Below are positions 55,513-64,000 of a stretch of DNA of 64,000 nucleotides, in pieces (positions within the stretch are counted from its first letter, which is position 1; the number at the start of each line of letters is the position of its first letter). The notes below the pieces were generated by a model that saw only the letters and a list, made by a program, of their open reading frames with translations, had not been told where the DNA came from and searched no databases. The position numbers and the translations under genes were made by a program. Location: the IMG/VR virus record IMGVR_UViG_3300017963_000231, positions 1 to 64,000 of that record; one strand, written 5' to 3'. Origin of the DNA: a virus.

Positions 55513-56814
55513 ATGTCGATTAACGAAGAACTCATTGAAAAAACTCTTGAAAGCGGCGATTTTTTTGCCGGTGGGGAGATTAACCCTACTCAGCAAGCGG
55601 AATTCGTTCGGCTGGTCAAGGATTTTTCGGTAATGTTGAGCATGGTCCGTTTTGTGGATATGCCGACTAAACGTTATCTCATTGACAAGATCCATCTTGG
55701 GGAGCCCATCACGCGGGGTATTGCGGAGAATACCAATGCGATGACCAACCTGATTTCCCCGAAGATGAATCAGATCGAGCTTACCACGAGCAAGATCAAG
55801 ACTGCTTATGCCATCACCACTGAGGCCCTTCAGGTTGCCCTTAATCAGGAGGATCTTGAGGATACTGTGCTGGAAATGGTGACTAAGCGGTATTCAACTG
55901 ACGTGGAGATTCTCGCCATTTCGGGCGATGACACCGTGACCGGTACTACTCCTTACGATGAACTGATCAAGGTTCTCGATGGATGGGACAAGATCACTGA
56001 TGACGCTCAGGTGGTGGATGCCGCTGGCGCAACCATTTCCAAGGCGGTGTTCACTGAGGCTCTGCGGACCATGCCTCAGCAATATCTCCAGGATCCTGAT
56101 CTTCGGTTCCTGATGTCCAGGATGACCAATATCGATTGGATGGATGAGATTGCGGATCGGGAAACGTCCTTGGGTGATGCGGCTTACCGGGGTGACGCGG
56201 CTGGTATGATGGGTGTTCCGGCTTCCATCGTTCCTCTGATCCCCTCGAACAAGCCCGTTGCCGTGGCGGCGGCTACTCCAGCTATCGTGGTCGGCGCTCA
56301 GTATGGTCCTTTTGAGATTGTCACTGGATCGAATGATCTGATCAACCTGGATATCGACAATGCCGGTGCCCACGAAGTTACCCTGACTCAAGGGGTGTGG
56401 GAGGCTATCCGGATTGCGGCCCAACTCAACGCGGATGCTACTTTTGCGGCTAATGGCCTTGTGGCTTCTGACAATGATGGGCGGCTTCAACTGGCCTCTT
56501 CGACTACGGGTGCGACTTCGGAGATTGATATCCAGGCGACTTCAACTCCGGGACAGTCGGCTTATGCCGCGCTCGGTTTGACCATTGCCGCTACTACGGG
56601 TGCCGCCGCTGGTTCGGGTTCTCTTAATGAGGGAACTCTCATTTGGCTGGCCAACCCGATGAACTTCATCTTCGGGATGCTGGATTCGACTCGCGTATTC
56701 TCCGAGTTCAACAAGGATTATGATCGTGTTGAGGTCGTGATGTATAACGAGGTTGCGGTACAAGTGGAAAATCTGGAATCCATCGTGAAGGTCACGAATA
56801 TCGCCCGCAAGTAA
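55513..56814 (+). CDS. Major capsid protein (HK97 fold) with inserted domain
   Basis: GEINPTQQAEF, AISGD, MPQQY, ANPMNFIFG; position. Confidence 0.9.
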   Translation: MSINEELIEKTLESGDFFAGGEINPTQQAEFVRLVKDFSVMLSMVRFVDMPTKRYLIDKIHLGEPITRGIAENTNAMTNLISPKMNQIELTTSKIKTAYAITTEALQVALNQEDLEDTVLEMVTKRYSTDVEILAISGDDTVTGTTPYDELIKVLDGWDKITDDAQVVDAAGATISKAVFTEALRTMPQQYLQDPDLRFLMSRMTNIDWMDEIADRETSLGDAAYRGDAAGMMGVPASIVPLIPSNKPVAVAAATPAIVVGAQYGPFEIVTGSNDLINLDIDNAGAHEVTLTQGVWEAIRIAAQLNADATFAANGLVASDNDGRLQLASSTTGATSEIDIQATSTPGQSAYAALGLTIAATTGAAAGSGSLNEGTLIWLANPMNFIFGMLDSTRVFSEFNKDYDRVEVVMYNEVAVQVENLESIVKVTNIARK

Positions 56815-56838
56815 GCGGACGATGATTAGGGGGTAGTC

Positions 56839-57294
56839 ATGGCGAAATTTGATCTAGTGATGGATCAGAGCAAACGAGTGGCTTGCCCGTCCGGTCGAAA
56901 GTATTACTTTGTCGCCGGGTATCCGCTGGATATTCTGGACGATGGGGATAAGGAATTTTTGAGAGGCCAACCGGATTTTTTTCTGGAAGTGGCTGATCAA
57001 GGTAAAGTTCCGGCTACACCGGATAAGGAGGAGGGGTCTCCCCCGCAATCGGCCCCTCCTCCTGCCCCTAAAAAGGGGAAGGCGGCTAAACCCAAAAAGA
57101 AAAAGAGGACTTATGACCTGGATAAGCTGGATGCTGATCGGGTTATCGAAGATGAACTTCTAGCGAAGAATTCTGATGGTCCTTGGAATTGCCCGATCTG
57201 CGGACGCAAGAATATCAAGACTAAAAGTGGGTTGCGGGCTCATGTAGGGTCTACTAAATGTGTGGAAGCGGCGAGGGAAAAGCTAAGTGAGTAA
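56839..57294 (+). CDS. Hypothetical protein with C2H-type Zn finger
   Basis: CPICG...GLRAH. Confidence 0.6.
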   Translation: MAKFDLVMDQSKRVACPSGRKYYFVAGYPLDILDDGDKEFLRGQPDFFLEVADQGKVPATPDKEEGSPPQSAPPPAPKKGKAAKPKKKKRTYDLDKLDADRVIEDELLAKNSDGPWNCPICGRKNIKTKSGLRAHVGSTKCVEAAREKLSE

Positions 57295-58243
57295 GTACAT
57301 GACATTGGCGAGACTCCGGGGGTTGGGTATTACGGTTGCCCAACTCTCGGATGCTCTTGCTTTAGAGCTTATCAAGAATGTGTCGGATTCTCTTGATGCG
57401 CTTACTCAGCAAGTTTTCTCTCCTCAGCTTGAGATTCATCGGACAGATGGGAATAAAAGCCGGTTGACCCATCATCGTAGCTTGCTTCCGATATTGAAGG
57501 TGTTTTCGCTCAATGTGGATGTGGATAAGAATCGATCTAACTATTGGGATGAACATAGGTACATTTTCGGAAGGAATCTGCAAAACGGTAGTTATGACTT
57601 GACGCGGTATGAAATATCTTCGGATACCAAGTATCGGCTTCTTTCACTTTTGGCGGGAGAGTTTCCGCTTGGGGTTGAGAATGTTCTTATTAATGGGGTA
57701 TTCGGGTTTCTCGAAAATCGGAAGGCATTTCAGACCGAATTAAGTGCGGAATTGGCGATGGGGGATACGGTAGTGTCAGTGGCGGAAACGTCTAATAGCA
57801 CTGGACGTATCGAGGTTGGCGATTTTGTATTGGTTGAGATTGAGGCGGCTACGGGTGAGGCTCCGGCTCTTACCTATGTCGATATTGTTCAATCTATATC
57901 TGCAACTAACCTGACCGTTGATGCCGTGCAAGATCAGGCCGGTCTCCCCGTAGCCGTGGGAGTAAAAGTCTACTCATTCGGGGCTTTTCCAGGTCCGTTG
58001 GTAGAGGTAATGGATGCTTTACTACTTCGGGCTTGGGATGATTCACCTTGGAATCCAAATGGTTCGGGAAGTACAGATAAACGATTGCTGAGTGAAAAAG
58101 TCGATAATTATAGCTATCAACTGGAATCGGAATCAGTAGCGGCAAGTCGGGCCGGGGGTTACGGTCTAATAACTGGTAGTGTGAGGTTGGATAAAGTGCT
58201 CCAACAATATTGCCGTCCTGGGGGGTTTGTGGGGTATGTCTAG
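57287..58243 (+). CDS. Head-tail adaptor-like protein
   Basis: Position; SEKVDNYSY and L..Y C-terminal motifs. Confidence 0.65.
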   Translation: MSKYMTLARLRGLGITVAQLSDALALELIKNVSDSLDALTQQVFSPQLEIHRTDGNKSRLTHHRSLLPILKVFSLNVDVDKNRSNYWDEHRYIFGRNLQNGSYDLTRYEISSDTKYRLLSLLAGEFPLGVENVLINGVFGFLENRKAFQTELSAELAMGDTVVSVAETSNSTGRIEVGDFVLVEIEAATGEAPALTYVDIVQSISATNLTVDAVQDQAGLPVAVGVKVYSFGAFPGPLVEVMDALLLRAWDDSPWNPNGSGSTDKRLLSEKVDNYSYQLESESVAASRAGGYGLITGSVRLDKVLQQYCRPGGFVGYV

Positions 58244-58697
58244 ACGGCCTCTTAGATGGAACCCAATGCCCGTTCGGATCAAGGTACTTTCGGACGGATC
58301 TGCCGGGGGTGCCGCCGGAGATAAGATTATCGATGAGGTATTTGGAGAGGTTTTAGGAGGGGCCAGAACACCATTCGATTCAACTTTGGATCTTCAGGCT
58401 CAAGTGGTTTACAAGGCTCATGATAAGCGTGATCCAGTTATTGCCGGGGATCAGGATGTTGGAGACGGTCATCTTTGCTTTATTTTGGAGTACCTGGAAA
58501 GTGTAGGTCTTGATCCGCTTGGGAGTGGAGACAAGATTAAAAAAGGGGATCGAATCATTGAAATCGCTGGGGAAACGACGGATTACCGTATTATTGAGAT
58601 GCGACCGGCTGGGCATATAAAAACGGCTGATATCAAGCCGATGCTTTGGCTGGCGTATTTTGAGTTTCCAGCGGATGTTCATTCAAGGGTGGTTTAA
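58236..58697 (+). CDS. Head closure-like protein
   Basis: Position; IKKGDRI...YRIIEMRP. Confidence 0.55.
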   Translation: MSRRPLRWNPMPVRIKVLSDGSAGGAAGDKIIDEVFGEVLGGARTPFDSTLDLQAQVVYKAHDKRDPVIAGDQDVGDGHLCFILEYLESVGLDPLGSGDKIKKGDRIIEIAGETTDYRIIEMRPAGHIKTADIKPMLWLAYFEFPADVHSRVV

Positions 58698-58698
58698 G

Positions 58699-61600
58699 AT
58701 GGCGATACAAAGAAAGCATGTGGCGGCTGGAAGCCAATTTAACGATGTGTTTGATTTTCAGTCCGGGTCTGATGTGGAGGTCAAGAGGGTATCTCTTCAA
58801 ATGGGGAGTGAATCCAAGAATGTGACCGTGACTATCGTGGATAAGTACGGAGCACAATTCGCGAAACTCTACGAGAAGTTGGCCATGACGAATTTAACTG
58901 TGGATCTGATAGGGAGCATTCCTTTGGGTCCGGATGAGAAGATAAAGGTGGTGACAACTGGAGCCACGTCGGAAATGTTCGCTACCGTGATTTTTTAAGG
59001 TGACGCTATGGAAGGCTTTTTCAATTACATAGTGATCGAGGACGGGGTTCCAGTAGCCATTGGTTCCGGTGGTGGGTCTGGCGGAATTGAGTTCCGCGAT
59101 GAAGGTATCAGCCAAGGCTCGGCGGCGATTATGAATGTTGTGGGTGCCGGAGCCGGGGTTAGTATTTCAGGTGGTGTTGCTACTCTTAATGTGGGTGGTG
59201 CCTCTGGAACTATTGAAGTGCAGAATGATGGGGTTAAAGACGGCGATGCCTCCATTCTTGACTTTATTGGAAATGGTGTCAAAACGGCGTTTGCCGCTGG
59301 GAAATCTTCATTGGAGTTTCCGGAAATCCCGTTGGATGTTTTGATGGTTCATCCTAGTTTTACGGATGATAATGATTTGCAACAATATTCGACCGTGGAG
59401 GCGGCGATAACCCGAGCTAAGGCTATTAGGAATCCAGGATCGAGAGAGGTTTTGATTTGGGTTCGAACGGCTATTTATCAGCCTACTGCAAGATGGGATT
59501 TACATGATGGCTATGGGATGGTGTTCGATCCTATGGTGTCTTTTGATTTTTCGTCCTGGGCCGGGGGCACTACTTTTATCCAGTTTGCGGGGAACACGAC
59601 TCTTAAGGGAGTGGATTTAACTTACGGAGCGATTGGTTCTCATCCATTTACTGGAGGAAATCATGTTGAGTGCCTAAGGGCTGATCCCGTAACGGGAAGC
59701 CCTACAATTGGATGGCTGGAAAATACTTGGATATGGGATACTCAGGGAGGAGCTACTTATGGAATTCGGCTTACTTCCGGGGGCGGTTCATTGCCCTTTA
59801 CTCCCGTATTAGTGGCGCGGAATAACTTAGTAAGCGTGATTACTTCGGTTGGCGGATTAGTTCAAGAAGGTGATTGGGAGGTGAGGGTTGAAGGAGGAGC
59901 CTCAATATTCACTACGGTAGGGGCTTCTGCCATCAAGCAAGTTGATGTGGGTTCTGATTATCCTGATACTTCCATTAGTATTATGCGGATTCAGGCTTTA
60001 GGTGGTGCGGGTGTTTATGATTTTGAGAAAAGTACCAATGGAACTATCGAGATGAATGGTTCCATTTTAAGGCTTGCGAATACAAATATAAATTGGTTGA
60101 CTGATATCGCCGGTACTGCTGATGGACCAATCAACTCAGAGCAAATTCTTCAGTTCGAGTATCCGGATCCTTCTCTTTCCGTTTCTGAGAGGTATTCTCT
60201 TAAGTCGGCATTGAATCTGATCGATCAGGATATTCATGATACTACTCAGGGCCATGATCATGATGGAGTGGGGAGCAAGAGAGTTGATTATGACGATCTA
60301 GTAAATCAACCTGAATTCGGAACGGAGTATGATAGTGCTGAGGATGATACCGAATCCAATACAACTTCAACTACATTCCAGCAAAAGCTCATTTTGACTA
60401 CGGGTTCATTGCCCGTAGGAACGTATAGGATTGGCTATTATTGTGAATTTAAGTCTGACGATGGGGATAATGATGGTGCTGAGGCTCAAGTTGATTTGGA
60501 TGCAGGGACAATTATAGCGCAAGCGGATGTTCAAAATGCACGTCCTTCTTTTTTGGGTACTGCTCAAGGTATGTGGACCGTTTTAGGGGGTGTAAAGGAA
60601 GTGACCTTCGGGTCTGCAACTACGCATACTATTGAAATAGATTATCGTCAGACGAATTCTAACACTGCAAGGATAAGGCGCGCAAGGATAGAGATCTGGA
60701 GGATCAGCTAATGGCTCAGTATGATTACTCTAAAGCGACTGTGAATGTAACTGCTCTGGAGTGGGAAATTCAGAATGATGAGGCTATTTCTAAGGCTCTG
60801 GAGAAAGTAAATTGGACGGCTCCTGATTCTTTGAGCGTGTTTTTTGAAGAAGCCCTTTCCGGTGGAGAAGAAACTGCTCTTGATGCTTTAGTGGCGGCTC
60901 ATACTGGCGAAGCCCTGAATGTCTACGATTGTTGGGATGTAGATAATCAGCGATTCATTGTTGTTAAGGCTAAAACAAAGCCTACTGAATCTCCTGAAGG
61001 AGGACCTATTCTGGTAAAGCAGGTGATTCCTACTATCGATAGAATATCGGTATTGACCATGCCGGCTAATACTGATGAATCCTCTCCCGTTGTTAAATCA
61101 AGGGTTGTCATGGATTCAGGGAATTTTAGGGATGATTCTTGGCTGAAAGTTCTGATGGTAGGCCGTAAGGCCGGTGGGGGATCAGGATATATCAGATTCT
61201 ATAACTACTCGAAAGCGGTAGAGTTGGCCGTTGTTGAATTTGATTCGGGCAGTCCAGAAATCAAGGAAGTTATTTTGACCGGATGCCCTGGAACTGATAA
61301 ATGCATCCTTGAATGTCAGATTTATACCGATGGAACGGGGACAATGCATGCGTACTCTCTTAGTTTGGAGGCGTTCTAATGGCGAAAAATTATAGGGTCA
61401 GGGTTTATTGTGAGACGGAAGAGGAATGGAAGTTTGATGATCAGACTGATTTGACACTTGATCCTGATTTTGTTCCGTCTGGATGCGAAGGCCATACGTT
61501 GAGAGACTTCACAATTGATGATGAGGAGGAAGTTTAATGGCCGTTGAGCAAATAGTAAAAGAGCGGGAATTGATCGATAATAAATGGGTCGTTTCAGAGC

Positions 61601-62173
61601 GTAAGCTAAATGAGGAATCTGATGCTCCATTGGTTTTTAAGACCATTGTATTGGAATCAGGTGGTGGAGAGTTGCAAGCAGTTTTGAAACTGGATGATGA
61701 CGGGGTTCTCAAACTGGAGCAAGGTGCTAACACTTATAGGATTTTGGTAACTGGAATTAATTCTCAAAGCGGAGAAGTGGTGTTTGATAATTCGCGGTCG
61801 GTTAGGGTCGATTTTCCAAGGAGGTTTAAGCATTGGCCCGCGATTACATTGACTTTAGCAGATGTGAATAACGCTCCTCCTTATAGGCTTTGGCCAGGGA
61901 AAACCGGGTTTACGGTCAGGTTTAAGCAGAGGTTCACTGGAGTTGTGTGCTGGGTTGCTACGGAGGCATAAGATGTCTTTAGAAATAGTTATAGAAGTCT
62001 TGGATGATGAGGATTATGACGGCAATAGCATTCAGATTAAGAGGGTGATAGTTAATTTGGATGGTGTAAGGGTTCCCATATATTATTCTTTTGAGGTGGA
62101 TAAATCCGATGCGGAGATAGAAGCGGAGGTCGAATCAGACCTGAGTGCAAGAGGTTACTCTTGGGGAGAGTAA
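58699..62173 (+). other. Putative virion decoration/fibre genes (58699-58998, 59008-60711, 60711-61379, 61379-61537, 61537-61971, 61973-62173)
   Basis: Coupled ORFs, Gly/Thr-rich beta-type sequence, located in the structural operon. Confidence 0.6.
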
Positions 62174-62562
62174 AAGTGGAACGACGTATTTTTATTGTTG
62201 TTGGGGCCGTTTGTACCACTACGTTGATGTTAACTTGTTCGGGCGGTGGGGGTGTTCCGACTCCGGATAGTATTATTTCAGAGAATCTTGAGATAATCCT
62301 TAATTACGGCGGTATCCCGGCAGTAATTCTTCTTTTTGGCTATCTTTATCTTAGGAGCCTCATGAAAGAGTACGGGAGGCAACTCCGGCAAATGCAGGAG
62401 CAATTGAATAATCAACAGGTGGCAATGAATGTCTTGATTCAAAACAACACGAAAGCACTGACAAGGTTGGGAACGGCTATGATGATGGGTTGCCCTTTCA
62501 TTAAAAGCCAGATTGATCCCAATGCTATCGATTGTGGGGATGGTGATGGGGGAGAAGGGTAA
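62161..62562 (+). CDS. Membrane protein, possible holin
   Basis: TM segment YGGIPAVILLFGYLYL followed by a coiled coil. Confidence 0.45.
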   Translation: MGRVKVERRIFIVVGAVCTTTLMLTCSGGGGVPTPDSIISENLEIILNYGGIPAVILLFGYLYLRSLMKEYGRQLRQMQEQLNNQQVAMNVLIQNNTKALTRLGTAMMMGCPFIKSQIDPNAIDCGDGDGGEG

Positions 62563-62792
62563 AAAGAGTGGTATCCATCAGGAGACACATGAATTAGTGA
62601 CGCAAAATTGTGATGCGATGGATATTTTTGATAGTTTACCGATGGCGAAAGATGCTCCTGATTTAGAGGAGATGATTTGTGGAGAAGAGGCCCCGTTTCC
62701 GTCATCAATCACGGAAATTGACGATACTGATGAGGTCATGCGTTCTGAAAACGGGAGCCGATTTATAAAGGCGCTTAAATGGTGGAGAAGGG

Positions 62793-63263
62793 ATGGGAGT
62801 AACGATTAAAAAGTTCGGGCCGTGGGCTCGATTCACTAATTTCCCTTTGAGGTTGGCGAGGGAGCTTCCGAAGATTGCCGAAATCGGTATTAATCGGGAG
62901 GCTCAAGGATTGGCTGATGCCCTTAAAGCTACCGTTGAAGGGGGTAAGGCCGGTGGTCCTCGTTTGAGTGCCGAGACGGTGGCTCGTAAAGGATCATCCG
63001 TCAAACTCGTAGATTCGCATGCTCTGGCTAATTCATTTACGGTGGAGGGAGTGAAGGCCGGGGGAACGGGTTTTGTGGGGATTAAGGAGGGTACAGGCCA
63101 TCCGTCGGGGATATCGATGACTGCTTTGGCGATGATTCATGAATTCGGAACTGCCACAATTCCAGCCAGACCATTTTTGGAGCCCACTTTGAGGAGTGCT
63201 GGGCCGAAAATGCTTAACGGCGTAGTGAAATATTGGCAGAAAGAAGCAAAGAGGGTGTGGTAA
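62793..63263 (+). CDS. Tail completion/HK97 gp10-like protein
   Basis: HEFGT..IPARPFL motif. Confidence 0.8.
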   Translation: MGVTIKKFGPWARFTNFPLRLARELPKIAEIGINREAQGLADALKATVEGGKAGGPRLSAETVARKGSSVKLVDSHALANSFTVEGVKAGGTGFVGIKEGTGHPSGISMTALAMIHEFGTATIPARPFLEPTLRSAGPKMLNGVVKYWQKEAKRVW

Positions 63264-64000
63264 TGCCTACTTTCACTTGGAGCCCTGATGATCCTGGCGT
63301 GGTCCTGGAAAATATGGCCGTGGTGAATGGGAAGGCTCGCCTTCTGGCTCAAACGCCGGATGGAGAATATGATTTTCCTGAGCTTAATCCAGACGCTAGT
63401 TATCTTCCGATTGGGACCATTGAAATGCGGAATTTAACTTGGGGTAATATCCAAGATTTCCCTTGGGGCTCGGAGATGGAGTATTCTCAGCCTAATGGAT
63501 CGACCATTAGGGTGTATTTCTCGATTGATGGAGGAGCCACTTATCCTGGGTCTACCACAAGTATCGATACTCTTTATCAATTTTTCTTGGGGTCATTCGA
63601 GATGTCGAATCAGTTGAGGTTGAAAGTAGAGATTACGCCTTCGACTGATGGGAAGGAGACTCCGGAAATCGGACGTATTTTTATGTACGGGGATGCGGAG
63701 TACGATGTAGTAGAGGATGCGGTACGGACGTTGAGTAAAGTTATCAAAGAAAACGCCAATCCTTATATTCAGTGGTATTTTGCACATACTGGAGGAAGTT
63801 CGTTTACGCTTTTGTCTCGATTTGATCCGACGAATTTGGGCGTTTTTGATGCGAATCGAATGGGAGCGACTCAGAATCTAGTTTCGAGTTATGATCCGGG
63901 GACGGGTCTTGTTACGCTTACAACTTCGGTCCCGGCTGGAACGGAGCTTTTGGTAAGAGGAAGGTTGGCATGGGCCTCAGATATCCAAGAAGAGGGGAAA
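63263..64000 (+). CDS. Structural protein, runs off the window
   Basis: ATG coupled to the previous stop; MPTFTWSPDDPG... Confidence 0.6.
   Translation, partial: MPTFTWSPDDPGVVLENMAVVNGKARLLAQTPDGEYDFPELNPDASYLPIGTIEMRNLTWGNIQDFPWGSEMEYSQPNGSTIRVYFSIDGGATYPGSTTSIDTLYQFFLGSFEMSNQLRLKVEITPSTDGKETPEIGRIFMYGDAEYDVVEDAVRTLSKVIKENANPYIQWYFAHTGGSSFTLLSRFDPTNLGVFDANRMGATQNLVSSYDPGTGLVTLTTSVPAGTELLVRGRLAWASDIQEEGK

Larger units (their letters stand above)
1..64000 (+). mobile_element. Segment of a large tailed dsDNA phage genome (Caudoviricetes)
   Basis: Terminase, portal, prohead protease, HK97-type capsid, self-encoded replisome and dense single-strand gene packing; no host housekeeping operons. 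Confidence 0.95.

Noticed and set aside
1-64000. Alternative genetic code or stop-codon reassignment
   Set aside because: Core genes are full length in the standard code, and TAA, TAG and TGA are all used as stops

Overview
A 64-kb segment of a large tailed dsDNA bacteriophage. Essentially all credible genes lie on the + strand, with sigma70-type promoters and GGAGG Shine-Dalgarno (SD) sites. Gene order: (1) early/accessory small genes with an SLT muramidase, thermonuclease, HD hydrolase, tRNA-Gln and an intein-split DNA methyltransferase; (2) a replication/recombination module (initiator with iterons, DnaC-like loader, DnaB, primase, SSB, PolA, SF2 helicase, RecA, nucleases, RuvC); (3) an accessory island; (4) a CobS/CobT-like AAA+/vWA pair; (5) DUF4417 with Gly-leader proteins, thymidylate synthase and an MTase; (6) terminase, portal, protease/scaffold, major capsid and head-completion genes. 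The most notable locus is a stand-alone Cas7/RAMP-like gene (31928-32704) followed by a non-coding array (32934-33400) of 14 units built as NNGAC-(NNNNC)x3-7-NNN. Reading the first three bases of each pentamer gives strings resembling promoters, SD/start sites and a perfect palindrome, which suggests a non-CRISPR RNA-guided system with an interrupted guide code. Other highlights are an HNH nuclease encoded in a second reading frame inside an intein, a ~490-nt structured ncRNA, five MGD-polyGly leader proteins beside DUF4417, and a 35-bp palindrome present in four dispersed copies. All product calls come from motif recognition by eye; no database search was run.
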